DNA of 64,000 nt from Schizochytrium sp. TIO01 (GCA_004764695.1 SMSO01000034.1:3410001-3474000), one strand, 5' to 3'; positions 45,597-58,951 are shown, counted from the stretch's first letter. Numbers and translations are program-made. Notes: generated by a model not told the origin, from the sequence alone.

Positions 45597-46685
45597 TTAT
45601 TTTCGTTTGGGTTTATAAAATCCACTCAAGTCCCAGACCGAGGTGTAATCCAAAATGTGCCCATAAGGCAAGGCAAGGTCAAACAAGTAACAGGCTCTCT
45701 TACGTAGACGCCGGAGTTTCGCACCCACTCTGTTCTTTTTTTCACCAGGACCAAGAAGTTCAAGCATCTCCAAATCTGACTCCACGCCTTCTTCTAGAAA
45801 ACCCAAAGACCACCTGTTGGGGTCTCTGGAAGGAGTCACAGGAAACTTGCATTCGTGCAGGGCGGATACGAGTCGTATTAGTTTCTCAATTTTAACCAGA
45901 TTTCGCCTGACTCTTTGCCAAATTCTGTTTACGACAGGAAAATGAAACTCCGTCTTATCAGGCGTGCGGATGCGAAAGCCCACTGTGTTGAAGTTCGTAG
46001 ACTGGTCGTCAATAAATTTCTGGATGACGGCTCCGGTACGGGGGTTTTCACCCAATAATTTATTAATGCGTATGCGCAGGGTTCGGAAGTTGACTAGAAC
46101 AGGAGAAAGATGGTGCTCGAGGAAATATAAATACTTGTCAATATCTATATCATCCCAATAATAATATTTCATCCTAAGTCGTGATTTTGAGTCTTTGGGC
46201 ACCAAAGGCAGGATCACCGAAAAAAACTCATCCAGTGACTTTGTTTCAACTTCGACGTGGCAAAGCTTGGGGAAAAAACTAAAGTATCCATGTTCGATTG
46301 TTTTTTCACCCCACTTGAAATCGTTGAGAATAAGTTTCTCGAGGGAGTATTGGGACTTTTCACGAAGCACCTCCAAAACATCAAAGGGGTCGGGGCGTTC
46401 AGGCGAATCCATCTCAAAATGTTTCAATTTTCCACAGCGCCGGATCAACGTTAAAAAAAGCCTTGGGTTGTTCTCGAATCGAATTTTTATATCATACTCA
46501 TTCGTGCATGGGCAAATTCTCAGATAAGTCACACTATCCAGTACCAAATCAGAATTCACGATTACATCGAGACCGACGTAAGTAAGTATAACAAGGGAAC
46601 TTGTGTCCGACGCCAGCTCAACTGTCACGCGGTGCAGTGCAAATTCCCTCCACGGGAGATGGTAAAACTCCTCAAGGACGCTCAT
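45597..46685 (-). CDS. Hypothetical protein, possible LRR/F-box-associated repeat fold (~362 aa)
   Basis: Long ORF with LxxLxL-like segments (CGKLKHFEM, SLEKLILN, FPKLCHVEV, FRTLRIR). Confidence 0.55.
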   Translation of the reverse strand: MSVLEEFYHLPWREFALHRVTVELASDTSSLVILTYVGLDVIVNSDLVLDSVTYLRICPCTNEYDIKIRFENNPRLFLTLIRRCGKLKHFEMDSPERPDPFDVLEVLREKSQYSLEKLILNDFKWGEKTIEHGYFSFFPKLCHVEVETKSLDEFFSVILPLVPKDSKSRLRMKYYYWDDIDIDKYLYFLEHHLSPVLVNFRTLRIRINKLLGENPRTGAVIQKFIDDQSTNFNTVGFRIRTPDKTEFHFPVVNRIWQRVRRNLVKIEKLIRLVSALHECKFPVTPSRDPNRWSLGFLEEGVESDLEMLELLGPGEKKNRVGAKLRRLRKRACYLFDLALPYGHILDYTSVWDLSGFYKPKRK

Positions 46686-46981
46686 CAAGGACGCTCATCA
46701 AAGCCAGAATGCTCAGATCAAAACAGCAGGCCTATTTTGGGTTTTGCTTAATAAAACTTTCCTTCTGCTTCTGCTTTAATTTTCTTAAAGAATAAAATCA
46801 ACTTAAAAAAATTAAAAAATTCGAAAAAGGTCTCCTCAATTTTTCTCTCTACCAGACGGTAAGGCAAAAGTCGGGAGCCCTTTGTCCTTTTTTTCTTTTA
46901 AGCAATTTAAAAATTTGCAAGAAAGGAAGCTAGGAAACAAAGACAGAGTAAAAAGAAAAGAATAGTACGGGTCTACTTTCC

Positions 46982-47446
46982 ATGATAGAAAAACTGCTTG
47001 ATGATAAACAGATTAAAAATCTGGATACCTTGTGTCTGGTCTATGAAAAGTATGGAAATCTCTCTGCGGCCCAACGTGCAATGGTTCTCAACGATCCCAG
47101 GGTGAAAAATGCCCCACGCCGTTTACTAGGGATCTGGCACTACACGAATCGCCACTATGGAATGACTGGGCATGTATACTATATAACCCGAGTAGCTAGA
47201 ATGCTAGGGGTCGACGAGGAAATATTTTTTGAAGATTGGGTGGAGAAGTATGGTAAAAGGGGGGTGGATTGGAGCTTTAATAGGCCGAAGGAAAAACCCA
47301 GCGAAGTGCATACTATGCTAAGCGAAGAGTTCGTTCGTCGATTGTTTCTAATTCACGAAAGGGAAACAAAAAAGACAGAATGTACTGGGTTCTTGCTTAT
47401 GATGAATGGCGTTATTGAAAAATACGCAAAGTCAAGCAGTACTTAA
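46982..47446 (+). CDS. Hypothetical protein, tandem paralog copy 1
   Basis: Shares VY.KYGNLS.AQR..VLN.P.VKNAP.R...WH.TN..(Y/F)G.T..VY with the next ORF. Confidence 0.7.
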   Translation: MIEKLLDDKQIKNLDTLCLVYEKYGNLSAAQRAMVLNDPRVKNAPRRLLGIWHYTNRHYGMTGHVYYITRVARMLGVDEEIFFEDWVEKYGKRGVDWSFNRPKEKPSEVHTMLSEEFVRRLFLIHERETKKTECTGFLLMMNGVIEKYAKSSST

Positions 47447-47630
47447 AAAAATAACTTTATCTAAACATTTCAAGTTTGTTAAAAAAAACTTCTCAATTAT
47501 TCTCTCCTCCTGATGACAAGTGAAAAATCAGGGCCGCTTCTTGTTTTTTTAATTTTGGTTTCCTTTAAGCATTTCATTCATAGTGAAAGGGAATCCAGAA
47601 AAGAAAGACAGAGTGAAAAAAAGAAATAGC

Positions 47631-48053
47631 ATGGAGTTACTTTCCGCGATAGAAAACGTGGTTAGAAAGGGCAAACTTTACGATTATGAGAAGCTGCTGG
47701 AGGTCTATACAAAGTATGGAAACCTATCCACAGCTCAACGCATATACGTTCTCAACAATCCCGACGTGAAAAACGCACCTGCTCGCGTGCAGGACCTCTG
47801 GCACCTCACAAATAGCAATTTTGGAGTGACCGATTTTGTCTATCATTTAGAACACGTAGCTGCCATTCTGGAGGTTGAAGATTTGTTCAAATTTAGAGAG
47901 GAATGGATGAAAAAGCACGGTGAGGTGAGCAACGCATACCTTTGCTCTTCAATGAAGTTCCATTTGTTCTCCTTAAAGAGGAATAAACACAAACGATCAA
48001 AACGTGCAAACCAGCAAGGCAGCGTTCAGGTTGTTCAAGGCAATACCTTCTGA
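47631..48053 (+). CDS. Hypothetical protein, tandem paralog copy 2 (3' end diverged, truncated or spliced after ~47925)
   Basis: Homology with copy 1 runs to EEWMKKHG and is then lost at a GTGAGC (donor-like) site. Confidence 0.6.
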   Translation: MELLSAIENVVRKGKLYDYEKLLEVYTKYGNLSTAQRIYVLNNPDVKNAPARVQDLWHLTNSNFGVTDFVYHLEHVAAILEVEDLFKFREEWMKKHGEVSNAYLCSSMKFHLFSLKRNKHKRSKRANQQGSVQVVQGNTF

Positions 48054-50866
48054 AGAGGTACTGTGCTTGAGATGTGCGTTCAACATTCTGCACCACTCTG
48101 CGTTAAATATTATATCATATGCTCGTTGGTCAGTGGTGCGCTACTTCGTGGCTTCTTACCTCAAGTTCTTTGGCGCTGCTTAATTTTGATAATCGTTTCG
48201 AAGTACATAAGCTGGTGTTCTTTAAGCTTGCCTTGTAGTTCGGGTTCTTGAAAGTTAGCAGTACTAGCACCTAATTATTCTTCTTTTTCTTTTCCCCGCT
48301 TTTTTCCATTTTCCCCGCAGTTCTTCCCAGATCTTGTAACTTATTATCATGCACAACCATATAAGAGATTTCGAGCGATTCAAAACTTCTTCTTCTCGTC
48401 ATCATCAAAATCTGTGGTGTAATTGATGTTTCGCAAAAGGCAGTCCTGTACAAGCGATCACTAAGGTTTGCGGCCGAGGTGCTTTAGTCAATCGGCTTTT
48501 CTTTAAAAAGAATAGGGTAATAGCTTGTTTTTATCGCTATCAGCCTGCTGGCCTCTTCTTATTCTGCGATCAAGTTTAGTAGATCTATATCTCTTCTTCT
48601 ATTCTTCATTCTCTCTAAAGTTACACAAACATTGCACGCACTATCATATGCGTACGAATGGCTAACGAAGTATACACGGCCGAGGTTCACCAGCAGCTCC
48701 AACGTAACACATTGAGTCCATGTTTCTTCGTCCTCTATGGCCGGGGTCTTCTTAAATACTGCACATCACGGCCAACGGAGATGGGTGCAGCCACTGCATT
48801 CATCGCAAGTAGCTGGGCACCACAACGATCGAGCGGCGGGAAGCGGTTTAAGGGGAGATTGACTACATACAAGCAACCGCTCTTCGTTATCTGGAGCACT
48901 GCAATGAAAGGGGGAAAGAAACGGAAAGAAAAGACATTCATTCATTCATTCATTCATTCGCTCCTCTCCTTCTCCTTCTTCTGCTTCGAGACATCTAAAA
49001 GCAGATTCTGAGTGACAATCATGATTGATTGATGGCATAAAGAGCAAGAGAAAAGAAAGAGCGCGGCAAGTTGGATCTGATAGCCAGCCAGAGAGCCAGG
49101 AAAAGAACAAGAAGCTATATTCCCTGCACTTAATTCGAAGGAAGAACAGAACGCTTCTCACGGCCACCGCTGAAAGAACGTTTCTTCTCCTGGACTCCAT
49201 CCTTCTTTAAAATGAAACAGCGCTAGACTGACTGGTATTAGGTACCCACTTCTTTTAAACTAAAAAACAAAAACACACGGAGAACAAAATGTTTTATTTT
49301 CAATCTTTACTTTTAACTGAAAACAATTGTTTTTAAATTTATTAAATGAACAAAAAGAACAACGTATAAGCAGGCCTATACTTAAAACTTATTTTCATGA
49401 CTAAAATCGCATCAATTCAAGTTCTTTTCAAGATGGACAGCCATCCAGGCCCCAAGCCCCTCCGTGGTGGCGGCCGCAGTGCGTTTCGTGGCTGGTGGTT
49501 TCCGTCCACAGATATCTCCGCGCCAGATCCGTGGGCGTCAACCTCGTGCTCTCGTCTGCCTTTCAATCATCCATCCATCAATCCATCCACCCATCGCTGT
49601 CGAGGTTTTGCCCCTCTCCAAAGAAGGCGACGGTCTTAGCTTTGCAATTTGCATCACATTTATGCATTACATTACATTACATTTCCTTTTGATTTGTAAA
49701 CCCAAATTCGACGCCTCCAGAGCTCTAAGCACAGCCATTCGCTTGAACTTGCGCGACCTGACGTTCCCTTCGGGCTTGCGATGCGTTTACCCACGTACAC
49801 TCCTGGCCTCGAGCTCTTTTGGCGTCTGTAGGTCTTCGGATTTCAATCCATCGCTTGCGAGCGATGGTGCTCATTTCCAGACCAGTCAGGGTTTAGCCAT
49901 ATAGCTAGCTGCTCAATAGGCTACTCCTATGGGCATCTACTAGCTAGCTAGCTCTCGAGGTGCGCACTTCGGAAACGGAGACGAACAGAATAAGTGGAGC
50001 TCCGAGCAGCCGCAGAAGAACTCGAGGCCTCGAACGAAGCAGCCGCGGAATACCAGGATATTCTCGCTAGCAGCCATGGCCAAGGTCTTTCCCCAGCCTC
50101 TGTGCTCGTCTTCAGGTTTGCCAGAGCGTACAGATCTGTGGTTTGCAAAGTTATGGCGTTCAGAAACGTAGTTCAATGGTGATCTCTATATATAGTATAC
50201 CCATGTGGCATTATGTGCAGAGAAAGAGAGAGGTCCTCGTTCTAGGTCCTACCTCCAAAGGCTCTTCATAACTCAGGTTCGAGCATTGCCCGTGGATCTG
50301 GCTCTGGCTTGGAGCAAGCAAACGCATACAGTTGGCTTGGGGTTACGAAGGAGCACGCGAAGGGTCCTCGAAGGCTGGAGTGCAGATGCAGTGGACGTCA
50401 CAGCAATCGAAATGGCAGCAGCCGCTTGGCTTTTTTGCATTTTGGCATCCACGGGATCACTTATTTCAAGGCAAATTACGTCGAAACCAATAGTCGCAGA
50501 ATATTCTTTGGGCGTCCTTCCTTTTCTTTCATGGACTTAGAAAGGATTGACGACTGTAATTGCAGTTGGTTCTTCCTTTGGGCCATGTTTAACGAAGGCG
50601 CGGCGGATTCGGCGCGTTACATTCAAGCTCTCTTTGAGGCACGGCGACTGGAAGATACTAGATATAGTTACTTTTAACTTTAAAAAGGACAGCAAATAAA
50701 ATAGAATAAGCATACGTCAGCTCAGATAGCCCAGTCAGTGGCTATACATATCTACACCCACACGCGAAGTAAATAAATGGTGCAAGTCAATTCGCTCTGC
50801 TTTCTCACAGTTCGTGAAACTGCACGAATGAAGAATTGAGAGAACAGAACGAAAGAAAAAAAGCCA

Positions 50867-50918
50867 CATACACACATACATACACATACATACACATACA
50901 TACATACATTCATACATA
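50867..50918. repeat. (CATA/CACATA)n microsatellite
   Basis: Imperfect tandem repeat. Confidence 0.85.
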
Positions 50919-51214
50919 GAGGTAGTAGATAACTAAATACCTCTCAACCACTACCTACTCTGCGCTTAGAACTGGAAAAGACTACCTTGATAGGTATGTG
51001 TGGTGGTGCAATGAGCAGTAGGTACGCGCAGGTAAATCTTGATTGATCAATTCGTTGAAACCAAGCTTTCAATTCTGTAGAAAATAATCGTAAGCTTTCA
51101 AAGCAAAAAATAATTAAATAGAAACATTTATTTTGTAGATTTCCTCTTTGAAAACAAATAAAATTAGATGGTGCATAATTTTATTTATATAATTGTTTAT
51201 TATTTTTAATTTTA

Positions 51215-51240
51215 AATAATAATAATAATAATAATAATAA
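51215..51240. repeat. (AAT)n microsatellite
   Basis: Direct tandem repeat. Confidence 0.85.
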
Positions 51241-51614
51241 GATAATAAAAATGGGGGAAAAAGAAGTTGGAAATGGCAGGCAAACTGTGGTGTTCTCCTG
51301 CTCCCTTCTTCGTACCCACCTATTTTAAAAATACAGTCCAGCCAGTCGCTGCCTGAGAATAATAACTGGTAGCTAGCAGGGATTGATTGATTGGTTCACT
51401 CAGAATCATCATCTTTGCGACGCAAGTCTCACTCGTCCTTTTGCTGCCCAACCAGCAGACGGTTGGATGATCCGAAAGCGGCGTCACCAAACAGAGACCT
51501 TCAATAATCTTGACACCCTTACATCAACCATCATCAGCAACAATGATGAGATGAGGCATGACCTTTCTTTTTTGTTTGTAGAATCTTTGCTTCCTCTTGA
51601 AACATACATACATC

Positions 51615-51659
51615 ATACATACATACATACATACATACATACATACATACATACATACA
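51615..51659. repeat. (CATA)n microsatellite
   Basis: Direct tandem repeat, ~11 units. Confidence 0.93.
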
Positions 51660-54600
51660 CACAAACGTAGGTACGTAGATACATATATTATAATAGCTCT
51701 CTTGGTCTCCTCCTTCCGCCCGCTCAAAGTGAAATTGACCAGGTTCAAGTTGGGCAGATTTTCATGGTCCAAGTACGCAGCGTCGCCGGTCTTCACCCGT
51801 GGAGACAGAGCTGCTCGCAGAGCTTTTGCACCAGTCGGTCGCAATGTGCGGGTATCGGTGTGGAGGACTCACGACTTCATTTCGCATGAAGCAAGGATTG
51901 AATCAAATGCAGCTCAAGAGCTTGCTTCGTTCGAAGGCAACCACGAATGTCAAAACGAAGCAATTCTTCTCCAATTTCACAGGACTGTTTCCTCTGTGAT
52001 GCAGCAAAGATGAGGTCTCTCTCCACTGAGAACTACGACTTTGATTGACAATTATACCTCAATCAGATGCGAAGAAGAAAGACACGCGAGTGAACGAAAG
52101 AAATTGTAGAGCATCCATGATACATCAGTAGTAGTAGTAGTAGAGGTAGTAGTATTGCGTGTTCTTGTGTTCTTGTAGTTTGGTAATTATCATCGTTCCT
52201 GATTGTGATGCCAAGTTGGACTCCGCAGGTCAAAGAGTCGCCTCAGGAATTAAGTACTCGTGACTTGTCAAGAACTAGATCTGCAAAGACTCAGACTTGG
52301 CTTCAAGATGAAGTCAATGCAGGTCTGCCCAGTGAAAGCTAAGGAGTTTCAGGCAGGCTGGTTCGAAGTTGAACGGTTGACCAATCTTGAATGGCTGAAA
52401 GAATAAAGGTATGATACTCTAGAAATGCAGCCGTGCGTACCAGTTTTTGCCGGACGCTTTCAGTTAACTACTACTAAAAAAATCATTTCCTGTTCCAAAT
52501 TTTCAAGTTCTCTCTCATTTAAAGAAAAGAAAGAAAAAAGTTTTGCCGTGAAGAGAGAATTGGAATGGCCAAGAGAAAAGAACACACCAAAAGAACGGTT
52601 TAGCCCTAAAACCTTTCAATGCATAATTTTACTTTTTACTTCAAAAATTAATATGTATAAATGAAAGAACAGAAAGAACGGTGTTTTGTTCTGTTTTGTT
52701 TTTAGTCGCAAGCATCGAAGGACTCGCTCATTCGAACAACCATTCAATGATGGCGAATGAGGGAGGGATTCTTCTCTATAGCTGCCGCAACAAAAACAAA
52801 AATCCAAGGTGCAGGCAGGCTTTATTATGCGCTCAGAGGGTTATCTTTACTTCCGCCAGCCTCGAAAGACGTGATATCCGATCTCTACGCACTTAATATC
52901 GGGTACAATAAACACAATACAGCGACGAATACTAACTACAAAAGGCAGCAAAATATCTTTTTCCACTCTCTTCGTTTTTCACGGCCAAAGGCCAAACTGA
53001 AAACGATGTCACTCACAGCTGTTTGATACAGGCGCTGTTTGAGCCACCTCTCAAGCTGCTCTCTGGAAGGCCTGAGCAAGCAGGTCTTCAATCGAGGAGG
53101 ATGCGTGTGCCCTTTCTTCGAGCTAGTTTATCGATTTCGCTCGGTGGCTCTGGCCAGCCTGGAGTAGGTCTTTGGCATCCTTTCTCCTCCTTCTCGCGTC
53201 AGTTGAGGCTGAGGCGATGCGCAAGCACAAGAGGAAGGGGCAGAGGGTGCTAGCCTTTCAGGTAGGAGGGGTACTAGCTAGCTAGCCGAGTAATCTGAAT
53301 GGCGTCAGCTAATTGATAGATTGATTGATGGTTGGCTTTCTGAAAGAGATAAATTGCAGAAGTCAAGCTCTCAATAATGTGGCCTGTTCAGTGGCCGTGC
53401 AAAACCCTGTTCTTCAGATCTCCGCGGCGTTGGACAATCGATTTATTTTGCTTCGGCGAGTTCTCTTCCAGGAAAGAAGAGGAGCGAGAAAAGAGATAGC
53501 TAATTTGAGAAAGATGATTTTATCCAAAACATCTTTTCTTTCATTGGTTGAAAACATGATGTTCTCGTTTAGAGTATGATTTTATAATTTTGAAAATCAC
53601 AGTGTTCTCTGAGGAACGAGGCTTTTGCTCACTTACACAACAACATGAACGCATGGTTCCCTCGCTCGCTCGCTCGGCGAGTTGGTGAAGGCAATGGACA
53701 GCTGATTGAGCGCTCTGGGCTGCTTGTATTGTGCAAAATAATGAGCCAATGTGTCGGTTGTGCGGGATTGATTAAGTGGTATATTGTCCGGGTAGTCCGG
53801 TGATGGTTGGCTTTTGTAAACTGCTCTTCTTATGAAGCATTCCAAAGAGGGACTGGTCTCCTATCTTATATAAACAAAGCTGGTAGCAGATTTTGACGAA
53901 GGACTAGTAATAATCGGCGAGAGAGAGGAAAAGTAATGAGCATTGCCAAGCTTATTTGGAGTTCGCTCGTTTGTACACTATGAGTCACTGGCCATCATTG
54001 CCAAATCAATGCCATGAATGCGGTGGTGTCAAACTTGAATGGATTACCTTTGTTAAATTCTGGTCGGGTCATGTAGTTCTCACCACATAGTCAGGTTTCT
54101 CAAACCTTGGATTTACTGACTAATTAACCTGACGATCGCCAGCATTTATGTAGACCACCAATCTTAGTTACTAGCACTAGCACTGCGTCTCCTAAACTAG
54201 TAGTTATCCAAATGAAGGGAGCATCAACTGTCCCCACTTTACTTTTTAAAATTAAAAGTAAATACTGTTTTGCTACCAAGAACGAAGAACGAGTGAGTCT
54301 GCGGAGCCCACAAGTGACAAGACTAGGTAGGTAGGTAGCTGCTGTTAATTATAGACTATTTAGCAGTGACTTTTCTTCTACCTCGCCGGTAACGGATGGG
54401 CTTGCATGCTACAGCTGTGAAATTTAGCCAAAGTACAATAAGTACAAAATATTTTCTTATATGGCAGCCTCTGATAAGGAGGGCGCTTGAGGAGACCAAA
54501 TTGAAGCTTATGCACAACGCTGTGCAGCCACAGGTACCATCCATTCAGTTGGATGTGCCACTTTCGCCAATGGCGGAAGGTGCTTTTCAGGTGCCAGTAA

Positions 54601-57600
54601 CCACCATACATTTTAAAAATGCCACGTGTGCACAAAACATTAAAAAAAAAAACATTAAAAAAACATTGAGAATCGTCATATTTTCTATATTCATTCATCC
54701 ATCCATCCATTCGATTCTCTTGTGGTGCGGCAAATCTTGTGGCAGCAGCAACATCATTCAACTTAATGCCTTAATTAAGATTGTCATAGATGGCGACGAG
54801 AGTCTGTCTTATTGTCAATCTTACTATTCATGAAGACGGTAGGTACAACGGGAGTCATCCAGAGGCGAATTTGCTGAAGACATTTCACGTGTCATTTCCT
54901 CCTCACCTAACACATTAGAAGGACAAGGCTGCTGCGTGATTTATACAGGCAGGCGGACGTTACACCCTTCATAAATCCTCACGGAAAAGAAAAAAAAAAA
55001 GAACTCAGGCTTAGGCAGTCTCTGATTCTTTGTTCAAATTGTGCTGTCAACGAACTGAAGCTGAATATGCAAACTAGTCCTAACTGCGAGGTTAGAAATC
55101 AACAACTTGAATGTAGGAATCCAAAAATCACATTTTCCTAGTTTATCTAGTTGGAAACAACTTGCAGGATTGAAAAAAAAGATACTGGTATCAAACAAAA
55201 TAAGGCGAAGAAACTTCTGCTTCTTCTGACTTGGAGAACTTTCAAGCTGAGAAAATTATATAACGCTAGAAGCCCAGGACTGAGATCTTTTTATTTGGCA
55301 CAGGATCCCAATCTTCTCTCGTGGCCCTGTACGATCGTTCGCAAAGTGCGTCAACGGGTTAGTTCATCTTGTGCAAGAGGGCGGATAAAGTACGATGAGA
55401 TTAAAGCAAATCACGCTCACAAGAGTCATAGCATCAACGGCTGACAAACTTGTGCCTCGCAAGATTACTGCCATCAAGCAGGCAACGAATGGCCGTGGAC
55501 TCCACCGCCACCGATTCCGCGCACACGAGGGTGCGCGGTACGGGGACCCTTCGTACGTGCCAATGATTCCTCTTTTTCACTGGTACGGACGGGGCCTAAT
55601 ACTGTTCTTTTTACTTCTTTTTCTTTTAAAAAGATGAATTAAAACTTCTTCTTTCTGCTGTAAGTTGTCGGCGGTATGTAACTTAGCAAACTTCAAGCCA
55701 CAGTTCCAGTTTGGCTTCGGCTACTCCAAATTGATTGGCGACGAACTTGGAGGTGCTGGAGAGAATCTCAAAGTATTGAGATCAACGGTTTGTTGCTCGT
55801 ACACCAAGACATTTCACGGCGCCCGGAGATACTGCTTTCTCTCTGGGTGCAGTACGAAGATGGGAAAAGAACACGAGACACTAACTATTCCTCCGTAACT
55901 ATTTTACTTTTATCATTATTCTTAGTACTAATTTTATAAATAGAAAAAATATATGTTGAACTTGAAAAAGAGGGAAAGAATAAAGAGAGCACTGCCACAT
56001 TATAATTAAAAAAAAGAAAAGAAAAAAAAAAAAGAGTCCCGACGAGCGTTCTTGCTTGTTTTTAATTTCCATTTTTAATTTGATTTAATTTATTTTAAAT
56101 AAAGAATAGAAATCACACATCATCATTGGGTGTATATCATATCTCTATCTATCGACATTTATCAAACAAAAGAGACCCACGAAAACAAAAAACAGCATCT
56201 ATCAGCAAACGAGTCAATATTCACGCTCCACCAACCAATCTTGGCCAAAACATCACATTAGATAGCCCTTTATCTCAAGCAAGTAGGCTAAACAAACAAA
56301 CATCAAGCAAGTGTTGCTTGCTTGACACAGAATGCAGAAATGTCCAGGAAATCTCTGTCCTGCACGAAGAGAAGCCTAAGAAATTTACCAAGCTCTCAAG
56401 CTTGAATGCTTGAATGGAGTGAGGGTTGTTTTCTCGCTGAAGCCTTTCTTCTTCACCTTTCGTAGGGAATCGACGAGTGAGTCGCTCTTGTTTCCTTGCT
56501 TTCCTTAGGTACTAGAACGTAGACTGTACAGCTATTTGCTTTATATATCCAGCCGCTGAGACAATCACGAATTGAATACCGACAACGTTTAAGAACGGGA
56601 ACGTCATATAGAACACTTATACGTACTATCTGCCGCTAAAGAGATAGAACCTATCAAAACTACTACTGTTCAAAGCGTTCTCGGTGTCCTCGAGTAGGAA
56701 AAGGTATAGTATGTGCACTGAGCAAGATAATTTTCTCCTTTTTTTTTCTCTTTCTTTAAATAAAAATAAAATTGCTATTCTTTTTCTACGAAGGCAGCAC
56801 TACATTTTTGCTTGAAGTAGAACCCACCTTAATAGGTCCACCACCAATGCGTACCTTTAAAGCGCAGGGACGGGATACTCTTTTTGCGACAATCGTCACT
56901 TCTTCAAGAGTAGAAGAACACTGAAAGCCAACCACACCAATCGATGAGATTGCTCTCCATCTCAAGTTGATGGTTCTCTTTTTTTCAAAATGTACTTCTG
57001 GGCAGGATTGCGCATAAACAGGCCGTTAGTAGCTAGACCTTTTAAAAGAGGGAAAGGGAGAGCTCCCTCTGCTCTGAATCTGTGGTGGATATATTTATTT
57101 ATCCATCTACCAAAGAAGAAACACTTTTACCTCTTCGCTCACTCGGCTTACCTATCGACCGACCGACCGGCCGATTGACTGATTGGTGCTCGTGAGATCA
57201 CTGCGCTCTGCGGACCAATAACCAGCTGAAGACCTCCTGAAAGCAGCGAATCTCACAATCGTAACCGATGATCACGGTTATGATGATTCTCTGGCGGAGT
57301 CAGTGGTTGGGGTGCACACCCTGCGTGTCAACTTACAACTTTAAAGATCATTTGCTTATTTATTGATTTATTTATTTATTGATTTATTGATTTATCAAAG
57401 GAAGCAATAGACAGAAAGTATTCAATTCAACATCCGTATGATTTGCGGAGACCATCGACCACACTGGTTTCTCTCTTCGTTCCGCAATTGCACCTGATAA
57501 GAGGATGAATGCAGGCAACAAACTTCGTCTCAGAGCTTATTAGAGTGGGAGGCGGTCGGCACTCATCAGCGTTGGTCAGGGACGAAGGAATAAAAGGAAA

Positions 57601-58776
57601 AAGTACCACCGAGCAGAAAATGCAGCAGAAGAATACACAATTGAGCTTTCTTCAAGTCCTCAGGAGTCAATTAGCAACAATGCGAGTTTGCGATCGATAT
57701 TGAATGGTCCCTGCTTATTACCTACTGCTGCTCTCAGTGTGTTCTACTTTTTTCGGTTCTACTTAAATAGGATTTCAGAAGGTTTGATGACCAAAGATTC
57801 TTCTTATTTATTAAACTAAAACATCATGTTCTGTTTTGCTTTCAAAACAGAAAAGACAGAGGGGAAAAGGGTGAAGGGAGGAAAAGAGAAAAGAGAAAAG
57901 AACAGAAGCAAAAAGTATTTTTATCTTAAAAAACGATGTTTTCAACTTGAAAGGTGGGTGGTGAGGAAATTGCCTCGGCGTCCAGTTATTCCTACAAGGA
58001 AGCGCGAAGCAAGCGGGAAAAAAGCTGTCTTAGAAATGGTTATTTGGAGTCATGATAAAGACGAATACAACAACCAATCTCCGAAAATTGCAGCATCCAT
58101 TCAAGGCACGGCCTCTTCCGGAGAGGACCTTCTTCCTTTGAACAAGATTTGTTCGAATAGTCCAACTTCTGAAGAGAGTGGAAGTGCTTAGCACGTATGG
58201 TGCATTATTGATATTATATCATATTATAATATATTATACCTTTTCTGCAAAAAGGGTATCTACTTCGTTGAAGGATGGTTGGTTTCCTGGCCCCTCTCTC
58301 TGTTGCTGCGAAGAAGCAAAAGGGGGAATGTAATTAAATGCCATTGTATCGTTGATTTGGTCTCGTATTACTTTAGGGAACTTCCCGCTGGCCAGCAGGA
58401 ATACCTAAGCTTATGCCCCTTTATGAGTTGCTGTAGACTTCCTTTCCCGCTGTTCGATTCTTTCGAAGGAGCTCTCGCTTCCATACTACAAAATGACAGC
58501 TGAGTGTAGGTAACTTACAGCGCCGTCTCACTCAGCATCATTGTAATTGGCCGCACTCCACGCACGAGACACTGTATGGCATGGCGAATAAGAGGACGAA
58601 TCACAGCTGATGATGCAGGAGGCTCCGGGAGAACCTGACAAGCTTATGACGTATCGATTGTCATCGACTCTGTGTGTGAAGGCTCCGAATATGGTGCATG
58701 TCACGCATGGTTTGTAAATTGTCATTAGCTCAACTGCACAGTTCGTTAATTCTTATTTGATTTATTCGTTTCAAGA

Positions 58777-58805
58777 GAAGAAGAAGAAGAAGAAGAAGAA
58801 GAAGA
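58777..58805. repeat. (GAA)n microsatellite
   Basis: Direct tandem repeat. Confidence 0.88.
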
Positions 58806-58913
58806 CAACATCATGTTGCATTAGTATAAAAATATAATTAATAGGATATACATAGAAGCAGGAGGTGCAACGTGTGAAAAGAAATCATTTGCACTCACTG
58901 AGGGCGTCCGCGT

Positions 58914-58951
58914 GAAAAGAAAGAAAAGAAAAGAAAAGAAAAGAAAAGAAA
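58914..58951. repeat. (GAAAA)n microsatellite
   Basis: Direct tandem repeat, ~7 units. Confidence 0.88.

Noticed and set aside
33000-48053. Definite Polinton/virophage or mirusvirus call
   Set aside because: No capsid, protein-primed PolB, integrase, terminase or terminal inverted repeats could be identified by eye. Kept only as a hypothesis.
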